Source: an uncultured virus (IMG/VR IMGVR_UViG_3300020375_000072) (lineage: Duplodnaviria > Heunggongvirae > Uroviricota > Caudoviricetes). Taken from it: DNA of 20,000 bases. Made by a program: the position numbers and the translations under genes. The notes beneath the pieces are model-generated. The model was not told where the DNA came from. It was given only the letters and a program-made list of their open reading frames with translations, and ran no database searches. Shown piece after piece: positions 1 to 8,767 of this stretch (position 1 is its first letter; each line of letters begins with the position of its first letter). The DNA lies in IMG/VR virus record IMGVR_UViG_3300020375_000072; one strand, written 5' to 3'.

Positions 1-2
1 GC

Positions 3-563
3 AATCCATTTATTATAATCCAATTAAAGGGTGGTACAAACCCAATGGGTCCTACAAATCCACAACACCATGATCATATGATTATGGAGAGAAATTATGA
101 ACATGATTATAACTTAATTTCTGCACTACATGAAGAATTTAAAAATATTTGGCTTTTAATAGTCAGAACTAAAAATGATAGATATAGTGCAAATGTGGAT
201 ATGCTGCCGAGAGTTGCTCGTCTTGAGGATGAAAAATTATCCGCATTATTTGCAATGACACAAGAATGTTTAAGTTTTGTTACTATAGATAGTTGTATTC
301 ATCATTTTGCTGCTCAGCGAGGAAATATAAAACGTGGAGTGGTAATGTGGGGAAGAGCGACACAGCCTGATATGATTGGTCATGATTGGAATGCAAATCT
401 TTTGTCAGATCATCCATCTAAGGTTGAAATAAGACCAGAAAGAGTTGTGGAAGAATTAAAGGAAATTTTAAAAAAAGAAAAGCCAGTGCTTAATGAAGAC
501 AATAAAGGACAAGCGGACAACATCCGGCGAAATACAGGGGTAAAGAGGCGACTAATCCAATAG
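3..563 (+). CDS. Glycosyltransferase family 9-like (heptosyltransferase-like, GT-B) protein, C-terminal part; 5'-truncated by the window edge
   Basis: The frame is open from position 3 (NPFIIIQLKGGTNPM...), so ATG 45 is probably internal. FVTIDSCIHHFAAQ...GVVMWGRATQP..IG resembles the GT9 C-terminal motif (FIGNDSGxxHLAAA...VxLFGxTxP). Confidence 0.6.
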   Translation, partial: NPFIIIQLKGGTNPMGPTNPQHHDHMIMERNYEHDYNLISALHEEFKNIWLLIVRTKNDRYSANVDMLPRVARLEDEKLSALFAMTQECLSFVTIDSCIHHFAAQRGNIKRGVVMWGRATQPDMIGHDWNANLLSDHPSKVEIRPERVVEELKEILKKEKPVLNEDNKGQADNIRRNTGVKRRLIQ

Positions 564-570
564 CATAAAA

Positions 571-1392
571 ATGGAAACATCTGCAAAATTAAGAAATACT
601 AAAGAATTAAAAACTTTTTCAAGAAATCATTTAAAAATAAGTGAAACGAAGAGTCGTAAACATTTATTCGAATATAGTGATAAAAATTATCATTTTGAGA
701 ATTTTCTCTCAGAGGAAGAAAGATATGATATTTTTAATCTACAAAAACTTCCACAAGGTGATACTCAAGGAAGATATCCGAGCATTTTTAAGGTACAAAG
801 TGCTAAGTATGAAGAACTTTTGGAAAGAAGGATGGTATCATTAATGTTTCCGGATGAAGATCCTTCAATATTTACTATTAAAAATTCACTATCATTATTA
901 AATTTAGAACAACCAACCAAACCACATGTGGATGGGAATTATCCTCATGAAAATAAGTTTTATATAATCAAATCTTGTGTTGCTCTATTAGCTTTTGATA
1001 CAGAGGAAGATGATGTTGATGATTTAACTACATCATTAATTACATTTAAACAGCATACAAATGAATATAAACGTGGTGGAATGGAATTAGATTATTGTTT
1101 TGAACATAATACAGTACCTAAAGTCTGGGAGGATTTTAAAGGAAACAGATTAGAGAATCATAAAAATTCCTTTATACCAAAGGGGGAAGAGAAAGATTAT
1201 CAGCACGTCACATTCACTCATGAAGGTCAAATGCAATATGGATTAGATATAGACAAAGAAATAGTAATGCACTTGGGAGATCTTGCCACATTTAATCCAT
1301 ATCAAATGCATATGACTAAGGGCTATGATGAACTCATTCCTGGTGGTAAATGGGCATTAAGAATAATTTTATATAAAAGAATTCATGAATAA
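571..1392 (+). CDS. Divergent 2OG-Fe(II) oxygenase-like protein (paralog family A)
   Basis: HxD motif (KPHVDG), distal His in GDLATFNPYQMH and C-terminal KWALRIILY strand. Aligns by eye with 6075..6899. Confidence 0.6.
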   Translation: METSAKLRNTKELKTFSRNHLKISETKSRKHLFEYSDKNYHFENFLSEEERYDIFNLQKLPQGDTQGRYPSIFKVQSAKYEELLERRMVSLMFPDEDPSIFTIKNSLSLLNLEQPTKPHVDGNYPHENKFYIIKSCVALLAFDTEEDDVDDLTTSLITFKQHTNEYKRGGMELDYCFEHNTVPKVWEDFKGNRLENHKNSFIPKGEEKDYQHVTFTHEGQMQYGLDIDKEIVMHLGDLATFNPYQMHMTKGYDELIPGGKWALRIILYKRIHE

Positions 1393-2614
1393 ATTTAAGC
1401 GTTATTGTCCTATTCCATTTTTTAGTGTAGAGTTAAATAGTAATGAACATGCAAAATTGTGTTGTAATAGTGGTCATCGTTATACTATGGATGGTGATTT
1501 AAAACATTTTTGGCATTCTGATAAAATGAAAGATATCAGAAAAAACATGTTAGATGATAAGTACTATGATGATTGTCAATTATGTTATCAAAGGGAAGAA
1601 TTATTTAATGATTCAAAACGCTTAGATGAACTTGTACGACAAGGAAAATATTACAAAACACCTTTAGCTTTTCCAACTTTTCTACAGCTTAATTTATCAA
1701 ATATTTGTAATTTAAAATGTATAATGTGTAGTCCAAAATATTCCACAAAATGGAATGAGGATGTTGATAAATTAAAGGGTATGAGAAAAAATCTTGTGAA
1801 AGAATCCGCATCTAAATTATCAACTGAGGTGCTGAAAAGAACTATTAAAGATTTTATAGAGACAAGATCATTCGCGGAAAAGACTGTTGAGATTTATGGT
1901 GGTGAACCTTTCTTGTCTAAAGAATTTTGGAAAATTATTTCAGAAATACCATATAAAAAATTAAGAAATGTTATATTTAGATGTAATACTAATGGCACTA
2001 TTCTTAATAAACCAATAATGGATGGCCTTAAAAAATTTAAGAAGGCTATGATTAATTTTAGTATTGATGGTATTGGAGATGTATTCGAATTTCAAAGGTT
2101 CCCCGCTAATTGGGAGAAAGTAAAGAAGAACATTCTCTATATGAAAGAGTTTGATAAAAGATTTAGATTTAAATTTAAATGCGATTTATATTTTACTTTA
2201 ACTTCTTTTAGTGGTATAGGTTTGAAGGAATTTTTAGATTTTTGTAAAAAACATGATTTTGAATATTATATTAATATAGCAGATAATGAGCCACTAATAG
2301 ATGTGAAAGATAGAAAAATAGTCAGAGATTCAAGAGAAGATCTTAATGAATGGGAAGAGCCGGAGTATTTTGGAGCAAAAGGATTTACTCATCCATGTAT
2401 GTTACCTGAAGTAGTAAAAGAACAAATATTGAGTGAAGTGGAATCTATGTTATCTCACAAAGATTATATTAAAATAAAGAATTCATTTAGTGATACAAAG
2501 GTATTTAACGTAAAAATGTTAAATCAATTTCCAAATTATTGTGAACTATTGAAACAAGTTAGGGGGTTAGATTTTTTAAAAATGTTAGAAGAGAGATATA
2601 ATTATGCCTATTAA
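1385..2614 (+). CDS. Radical SAM protein with N-terminal twitch/SPASM-like Fe-S domain
   Basis: CxxxCxxC (ICNLKCIMC), GGEP (YGGEPF), TNGT and SIDG motifs. The N-terminus has YCPIPF...LCCN...FWHS..MKDIRKNML...CQLC, typical of twitch-domain radical SAMs. Confidence 0.85.
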   Translation: MNKFKRYCPIPFFSVELNSNEHAKLCCNSGHRYTMDGDLKHFWHSDKMKDIRKNMLDDKYYDDCQLCYQREELFNDSKRLDELVRQGKYYKTPLAFPTFLQLNLSNICNLKCIMCSPKYSTKWNEDVDKLKGMRKNLVKESASKLSTEVLKRTIKDFIETRSFAEKTVEIYGGEPFLSKEFWKIISEIPYKKLRNVIFRCNTNGTILNKPIMDGLKKFKKAMINFSIDGIGDVFEFQRFPANWEKVKKNILYMKEFDKRFRFKFKCDLYFTLTSFSGIGLKEFLDFCKKHDFEYYINIADNEPLIDVKDRKIVRDSREDLNEWEEPEYFGAKGFTHPCMLPEVVKEQILSEVESMLSHKDYIKIKNSFSDTKVFNVKMLNQFPNYCELLKQVRGLDFLKMLEERYNYAY

Positions 2615-3458
2615 TGATATTATAATAATGGAAACGCCGACCACATTAAAACTATCAGATATGTTCGATAGATATATAGTAACTGATTCTAAGGATATAA
2701 CTACACATCCAGCAATTAAAGTTGATGGTGTGATGCAGGGAAAATATCGACATATTGATGAACTGAAAGCAGAAAATACTGGTGGGAAAACATTTAAATG
2801 GCAATTAAATCTTCCAAAATTTAATAATGATTTAAGGTATTGGTTTAAAAAATTGTATAAAGAAGTTGATATTCCACTTGATTCACAAGTACATTGTTCA
2901 ATGAAAAAATTACAACCATTGAGTCATCAAGTGCATACTGATAGTGATAATAATTATGGAGAACATCATGAAGTATATACTCGATTTTCAATACCGTTGA
3001 CACCTGGATCACCAACCACTTATTATGATAAATGCATGGATGATGATGATTTTAATGTTAGAGTAGATAAAACTAGTTTTAGGAAAGTTGGAAAAGATAA
3101 TAAGTGGCAGGGCTTTGAACAAAAACATTTAAAGGATATGAAAACAGGAAAAGAAGTGCGGCTTGACTTACCAACTACGGAAGTTTTTAGAGAAGAATAT
3201 ATGAAGAAAATGAATCTAATGAATATTCCTGTACAACAAATGTATGGATTAAATATTCATACAATAGCAGAATGGAATCCTGGGGAAATTCAATTTTTCC
3301 CTTGTAGTAATTTACATAGTAGTACGGATTGTCGTGGTACAAAATTTGAAAAAAATGATGATGGAACATGGTATGAAAAGTATTTCTTGACAGGAATTAT
3401 ATTTAAACCAAAATCCGGAAGACACCAATTTGCATATGGAAATACCGAAAGCTATTGA
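2604..3458 (+). CDS. Divergent 2OG-Fe(II) oxygenase-like protein (more distant family A member)
   Basis: HxD (QVHTDS), a FSIPL strand, and GLNIH..WNPGEIQFFPCSNLHSS with a distal His, matching the layout of 571 and 6075. Confidence 0.55.
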   Translation: MPINDIIIMETPTTLKLSDMFDRYIVTDSKDITTHPAIKVDGVMQGKYRHIDELKAENTGGKTFKWQLNLPKFNNDLRYWFKKLYKEVDIPLDSQVHCSMKKLQPLSHQVHTDSDNNYGEHHEVYTRFSIPLTPGSPTTYYDKCMDDDDFNVRVDKTSFRKVGKDNKWQGFEQKHLKDMKTGKEVRLDLPTTEVFREEYMKKMNLMNIPVQQMYGLNIHTIAEWNPGEIQFFPCSNLHSSTDCRGTKFEKNDDGTWYEKYFLTGIIFKPKSGRHQFAYGNTESY

Positions 3459-4623
3459 TAAATTAAGAATTGTTGGTTCTGGAACTGCCGGTTTGATATT
3501 TGCTACTTATTTTAAAAAAATGGTTCCAGACATGGAGATTGAGATTTATTATGACTCCAAGATAAAACCTCTGGTTGTTGGTGAAAGCATGCAACCATAT
3601 ATGAGATTCTTTTTTGAAAAAGTTTTTGAAGACGAATCTTGGATGGACAAAACAAACGCAACTTATAAATTTTATATTAAACATGATGGTTGGGCTTCCA
3701 AAGATAGTTCAATGACATTTCCACTGTGTGATGATAGATTTGATAATATAGAAGAATGTGAAAGAGAAGTATTTTCAGCAACATCTACTAAATTACCATC
3801 ATGTTCTTCAAGACATGCCTGGCAAATGCAATCAGTTCTATTGCAACCCATATTAATCGAAAAATGTGAAGAAATGGGAATCAAATTGATTGATAAGCAT
3901 TTTGATTTTGATGATACTTCTGAATTTGTTATAGATTGTAGAGGATTTAAAGGATTAGAGGGAGGAAACATTTCTCCATTAATTATTAATGATACAGCAA
4001 TTGCTGGACATGTTGATCATTTTGGTGATACTAAAGAAAGATATTATACAAGAACTATCGCAAAAGATAATGGATGGGCTTGGGAAATTCCATTACAAAA
4101 TAAAGTAGGAGTTGGTAGAGTTTTTTGTTCTAGATATAATACTGAAGAAGAGATTAAAGAACAGTTATTAAAAACTTATGGATTAAAGAAGACTTTGACA
4201 GTTCCTTTTGTCACGAGATATAATACTGATGCATGTACCTCACAAAGCTTAAAAATTGGAACATCATCAGTATTCATAGAACCATTAGAAGCTACAACAT
4301 TATTATTAGTTGTATATTCTTGTTGGTTATTTAAAGAGATGTTAAAATCATTTCAATTTACAATTGATAAGTATTTTGTTGAACATTATAATAAAAATTA
4401 TAGACGGATGGTTGACCAACATGTTCTTTTTATTGAAAGTTTTTATGGATTATCAAATAGAGTAGATTCTCCTTACTGGCAAGAAATTGATAAACATCGA
4501 AAAGCTTTTAGAAAAAAGATTAATAAAAACTGGCCAGAATATTATGGAAATTATATAAAAAAGAAGGTATATGAAGGATTTGAATTCAAGCCATCTGGTA
4601 TTGGAAGATACTTTAATATGTAA
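3436..4623 (+). CDS. Flavin-dependent halogenase (tryptophan 7-halogenase family)
   Basis: FAD motif IVGSGTAG, VGES.P, NATYK (Lys equivalent to PrnA K79), WxWxIP (GWAWEIP) and FIEPLEAT. ATG 3436 is preferred over TTG 3430. Confidence 0.85.
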   Translation: MEIPKAIDKLRIVGSGTAGLIFATYFKKMVPDMEIEIYYDSKIKPLVVGESMQPYMRFFFEKVFEDESWMDKTNATYKFYIKHDGWASKDSSMTFPLCDDRFDNIEECEREVFSATSTKLPSCSSRHAWQMQSVLLQPILIEKCEEMGIKLIDKHFDFDDTSEFVIDCRGFKGLEGGNISPLIINDTAIAGHVDHFGDTKERYYTRTIAKDNGWAWEIPLQNKVGVGRVFCSRYNTEEEIKEQLLKTYGLKKTLTVPFVTRYNTDACTSQSLKIGTSSVFIEPLEATTLLLVVYSCWLFKEMLKSFQFTIDKYFVEHYNKNYRRMVDQHVLFIESFYGLSNRVDSPYWQEIDKHRKAFRKKINKNWPEYYGNYIKKKVYEGFEFKPSGIGRYFNM

Positions 4624-5185
4624 TGGAGTTATAACATGGGAGGGTGGAAGATTTGTGATGCCCTCTGGAAAACATTTGGATATGGGGTGTGGCGACATGC
4701 CTTATAAAAAAGATTTAATGACTGAAAATATAGTGGGAATTGATAATCAAAAATTCCCAAATGTAGATATTATTGGAAATTTAGAAGATATTAAATTATG
4801 GAAAACATTATCAAATGATGAATTTGACTGTATTACCTCATTTGGAGTATTACATTGGTTGGGGAAAAGGTCAGAAGTTTGGCTGAAAGAAACTTATAGA
4901 GTGTTAAAGCCGGGTGGGAAATTTTATCATTATTTTTGGGATATGAGAAATTTGTATGAACCAGAAATATGTAAACTTTTATCTGGAATGCATCCTGGGA
5001 ATTACCCCTATTGGTGGAAACAATATGCTTCGTCAGCAAAAGAGAAATTTGAAAGAACTGGATTTAAAATAATTCTTTCAGAATCTTGCAGACCTAAAAT
5101 AATTAGACGCGGATTGATAAATAAAATTAAGGGAACACTTAAAGATCCAAGACCATATTTTATTAGAATTGTTGGAGAGAAATGA
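4571..5185 (+). CDS. Class I SAM-dependent methyltransferase
   Basis: Motif I LDMGCG, VGID, FDCI..FGVLHW and RVLKPGG. The real start may be GTG 4655 or ATG 4658, downstream of GGAGG at 4639-4643. Confidence 0.85.
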   Translation: MKDLNSSHLVLEDTLICNGVITWEGGRFVMPSGKHLDMGCGDMPYKKDLMTENIVGIDNQKFPNVDIIGNLEDIKLWKTLSNDEFDCITSFGVLHWLGKRSEVWLKETYRVLKPGGKFYHYFWDMRNLYEPEICKLLSGMHPGNYPYWWKQYASSAKEKFERTGFKIILSESCRPKIIRRGLINKIKGTLKDPRPYFIRIVGEK

Positions 5186-6078
5186 ATTTTAAATATTTTA
5201 AATTTACAGAAGACCAAAAAGCACATTTAAAAGCATTAACAGAATATTCAAAAATTATTCTCAGAGATGATTCTTTTTTTAAAGAACCATATAAGTCATT
5301 TGAACATTCAGCACAAAAATTCCAAATTCATCATGAACTTGGTATTATTCCGGATAGTTCTTCTACACTTGTTAGATGTATTCAGATGGATTCTTCAAGA
5401 ATTGTGTCTTTCTTTGAACAAATAGTAAGAGGCGGTGAGAATGTGACATTTTTTTATTCATTGGGACCATTAGAAAATGACGTTGAAGAAGATTCTATTG
5501 ATTTGGCCCCATTTTATGATTATGTAAATTCTATTCAAGATGTATTAAAAACTTATGGAAGGGAAAATAATATAAATGAGGATGAGGTTACAATCTGTTT
5601 TGAAATTTATTATTTTCCTAAAAATAGATATAAATTTTTACTTGGAAATGAGAGGCAGGGTTCAATATTTAATTTAATGGCTTCAACTAATTCAATAATA
5701 TATTATGAACCACATGAAGAATTTAAATTATTTAATGCGGGAGTATTATCTTTTGGTGATGAAAGATTTTATACCTACAATGATATAATTAAAGATGGAA
5801 TTGTTGTTGTTGGGATTTTTGTTGAACAATTAATTTCTGAGGATGAACTGGAAGAGAAGAAGAAAGACAAATCCAAAGCAAGAGACAATAATGTTACATA
5901 TAGACCGCCTTGGGGTAGACCAAAGTATAATGAGGAGATGACAGATGATAAACAAAAGACTCGTGAAACAAAAAAGACTCAATCTAAAAGACCCAACATT
6001 GAAATAGTGGATAGGGGAAGAGATACACAATGGGGTGTTGATAAATTCTCTATCAGACCAACAAAAAATAAAAAATGA
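5182..6078 (+). CDS. Hypothetical protein with charged C-terminal tail
   Basis: 298-aa ORF coupled by ATGA overlaps at both ends. No motif recognised. Confidence 0.7.
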   Translation: MNFKYFKFTEDQKAHLKALTEYSKIILRDDSFFKEPYKSFEHSAQKFQIHHELGIIPDSSSTLVRCIQMDSSRIVSFFEQIVRGGENVTFFYSLGPLENDVEEDSIDLAPFYDYVNSIQDVLKTYGRENNINEDEVTICFEIYYFPKNRYKFLLGNERQGSIFNLMASTNSIIYYEPHEEFKLFNAGVLSFGDERFYTYNDIIKDGIVVVGIFVEQLISEDELEEKKKDKSKARDNNVTYRPPWGRPKYNEEMTDDKQKTRETKKTQSKRPNIEIVDRGRDTQWGVDKFSIRPTKNKK

Positions 6079-6899
6079 CACCAAGCGCAGAAGAACTTGT
6101 ATATCATAAAACGGATGATTTTTTCTCACATTGGAAACCGCCAGAACTCTATGAATCTTTTTTTGATAAGTATGAAATTTCAAAGATTTGGAATGATTAT
6201 ACTGATAATGGATTTCGCTCTCAAGGAAAGGATTATGCTGGAAGAACTCTAAATTGGAATAGTTCTTTTTATAAAAAGTATAAGCCTTTTTTGTGGAAAG
6301 GATTAAAGAAATTGTATCCCAAATTAAAGTATGAACAATTGTGGGGAGAACTCTTATATAATGATGCACCAACAGCACCACATATCGATGGGCAAATGCG
6401 TCATGATAATTATCCTGTTAGACAATTTCTTGTACCTATAAATGTTAACTGTGAGAATACTTTTTATAAATGGGCAGGAACTGTAATATTTAAACAGCAT
6501 GTGGTTACAGATTGGGAGAATGGGGCTGAATGGCATATAATTGGAAGTAGAGAAAAGTTTAGTCTTTTACCAAAATTCGTGGATAAATGGAAGTTTAAAA
6601 AATTTTTTGGGAAGGGTTATTCAAACATGGAATGGAGAGATTGTTATGGAGTACCATTAAAACACCATAATGATCTCACATGTTCTCCAAAAGATTTTGG
6701 TGATGATTTCTGTCATATTGTTATCAGAGATAAAAATTGGTTGAAAGGATTGGATATTGATCAATATTTCAATTACCATCCAGGTGACCTACTTTCATTT
6801 AGTCCCTATTGTGTACATAGTGGTGCAAATTACTGGAAAGATGGTGTAAAGGGGAAAACGTTTTTTAGAATGAGAATATATGAAAATTATAGAATTTAA
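6075..6899 (+). CDS. Divergent 2OG-Fe(II) oxygenase-like protein (paralog family A)
   Basis: PTAPHIDG (HxD), IFKQH, GLDID, GDLLSFSPYCVHS (distal His) and KTFFRMRIY, shared block by block with 571..1392. Confidence 0.6.
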   Translation: MTPSAEELVYHKTDDFFSHWKPPELYESFFDKYEISKIWNDYTDNGFRSQGKDYAGRTLNWNSSFYKKYKPFLWKGLKKLYPKLKYEQLWGELLYNDAPTAPHIDGQMRHDNYPVRQFLVPINVNCENTFYKWAGTVIFKQHVVTDWENGAEWHIIGSREKFSLLPKFVDKWKFKKFFGKGYSNMEWRDCYGVPLKHHNDLTCSPKDFGDDFCHIVIRDKNWLKGLDIDQYFNYHPGDLLSFSPYCVHSGANYWKDGVKGKTFFRMRIYENYRI

Positions 6900-7467
6900 T
6901 AAAACTGATGAAATAAGAAAAACATTTGATGATGTCTTTGATCATATCAAATTTGAAGAAAAGGATTTAATAAGAGAACATTATAATCAATTCTCAAATA
7001 AATTTCATTATTTAAAAATATATTCTAATATTCATAAAATGCGAGTAGAGAATGTGATATCTGATAATAAATTAATAGAATTATTACATAAACACCATCT
7101 TTCATTAAATGTTATCATCAAAGAACTATTGAGATGGGAATATAAATATAGATTTGGAAGTAAACTGTTTCATATATTTAAAAAATATGAACTGGATTCC
7201 CATATAATCAATTATACTCCACCAAAGAAGAAAACAAGTCGAGGGGGGATGAATGAACATACTGACAATACAGTATTTACTATTAATTGTTGTGATGGGG
7301 GAGGGTTGATATTAAATGGAAGACCTTTTGAAAATTATAAAGATAGAGTTGTTCTATTCTCTGGTGATGTTGTCCACCGCGTAGAAGGGCCCACCAAACA
7401 AAGAAGATCTATTACGACTTTTGTGAACAAACGCAGTTTAAAAAAACTATTCAAATATGTCTTATAA
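6880..7467 (+). CDS. Short 2OG-Fe(II) oxygenase (IPNS-like catalytic core)
   Basis: EHTDNTVFTI (HxD), GGL, VHRV (distal His) and RRSITTF (RxS 2OG-binding motif). Confidence 0.75.
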   Translation: MKIIEFNKTDEIRKTFDDVFDHIKFEEKDLIREHYNQFSNKFHYLKIYSNIHKMRVENVISDNKLIELLHKHHLSLNVIIKELLRWEYKYRFGSKLFHIFKKYELDSHIINYTPPKKKTSRGGMNEHTDNTVFTINCCDGGGLILNGRPFENYKDRVVLFSGDVVHRVEGPTKQRRSITTFVNKRSLKKLFKYVL

Positions 7468-7735
7468 CTTTAAAGAAACCTCAAAAACTCTCATGTTTGA
7501 TGTACCGGCAAAATGGAAGAATTTCTTTTATGAAGAGTGCGTCACCTATCTTAAAATCAATGATGGTGAAAGAACTGAAGAAGATCTAAAATATATAAAG
7601 GAAAGGTGGGGAATGTATGACCTTAAATTTGAAAAGGGAGATTTTGAAAATCCCATAGAATGGAAATTTGTGGGAGATCCTGAAAGAACGTTTACTATAT
7701 CCAGAGACAAACATATACATTATCCAGCAGTATGA
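7457..7735 (+). CDS. Hypothetical protein
   Basis: 92-aa ORF overlapping both neighbours in a tightly packed operon. Confidence 0.6.
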   Translation: MSYNFKETSKTLMFDVPAKWKNFFYEECVTYLKINDGERTEEDLKYIKERWGMYDLKFEKGDFENPIEWKFVGDPERTFTISRDKHIHYPAV

Positions 7736-8691
7736 CTATACCAATAATTGACTTCTATGACCCAGACGTTGAAGAAAAAATGTATGACGCATTTACCACA
7801 ACTGGTGTAGCTATTTTTACAGGAAACCTGGTGGGTTGGAAACCTGATTTTGATGCTTTGCATGAAAAGATACAAGAATTTTTTGCTCTTCCTATGAAAA
7901 CTAAGAAGAAATATTCCCAAATATTAAACTTTAAAAATATTGGATATATTTGGCCAGAACAAGAAAAATTAGTTATAGATAATCCTGGGGATATGAAAGA
8001 AACCTTTAATTTCGTTGATATAAGTAAGATGCCAGAACAGTATTGGCCGAAAGAGGTGGAAGGATTTAAAGAATATGCTGATAAAATTTATAGAATCAGT
8101 ACACTCATTGTCTATGAAATACTCTATAGATTTGAAAGTATTCTAAAAATTCCTAAAGGACACTTTGTTGAAAAGCATTTAAATGCAATAAATGGTATGA
8201 GGTTTATTCATTACCCTGGGTGGGACATTCCCATAAAGGAAAATCAATTAAGATGTGGAGAGCATTCTGATTTCGATACAATGACACTATTATATAATGA
8301 TGACTGTGCGGGATTACAAATTTATTATAAAGATGAATGGGTTGATGTTCCTGTAGTAGAAAATTCTATTACTGTTATGGTAGCAGATATGTTTCAAAGG
8401 TGGACAAATGATTTATTAAAATCTATTCCACATAGAGTAGTCAATAAATCAATGAATAGATCAAGATATACAATAGCACATTTTATAGGCCCAGCAAGAA
8501 ACACAATGATTGAAAATTTGACAGATGAGCCAGCTAAATATGACCCCATAAGTTCAGCAGATTATTTAGAATGGAGATATAAAAAACAGTTTTTAGATCC
8601 AGAACAGGGAGGACTCGATAAAGAGACGTCAAATCCTTATCATGATTGGGAAAGAGTACCAGAACACGATAGCCCTCATTATTGGAGATAA
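7732..8691 (+). CDS. Isopenicillin N synthase-family 2OG-Fe(II) dioxygenase (copy 1)
   Basis: DIOX_N start IPIIDF...FFALP..K; GDMKETF; HYP; GEHSDFDTMTLL; GLQI; WTND..KS..HRV; RYTI. Confidence 0.9.
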   Translation: MTIPIIDFYDPDVEEKMYDAFTTTGVAIFTGNLVGWKPDFDALHEKIQEFFALPMKTKKKYSQILNFKNIGYIWPEQEKLVIDNPGDMKETFNFVDISKMPEQYWPKEVEGFKEYADKIYRISTLIVYEILYRFESILKIPKGHFVEKHLNAINGMRFIHYPGWDIPIKENQLRCGEHSDFDTMTLLYNDDCAGLQIYYKDEWVDVPVVENSITVMVADMFQRWTNDLLKSIPHRVVNKSMNRSRYTIAHFIGPARNTMIENLTDEPAKYDPISSADYLEWRYKKQFLDPEQGGLDKETSNPYHDWERVPEHDSPHYWR

Positions 8692-8694
8692 ATA
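8688..8694 (+). promoter_or_regulatory. Candidate T4-like late promoter (ATAAATA) upstream of isocitrate lyase
   Basis: ATAAATA overlaps the upstream stop codon at the start of a 76-nt gap. The motif is short and AT-rich, so a chance match is possible. Confidence 0.4.
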
Positions 8695-8767
8695 AACATG
8701 TCAAACTTCAAAAATCCTAATCTTATACATATCATTGTAAACCCTCACCAAAGAAAGAACATATAAA

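Noticed and set aside
5182..6078. Possible degenerate 2OG oxygenase
   Set aside because: No HxD...H triad is recognisable; left as hypothetical.
7732..8691. Beta-lactam biosynthesis implied by the IPNS family name
   Set aside because: No ACV synthetase/NRPS is present; the family label reflects fold only.
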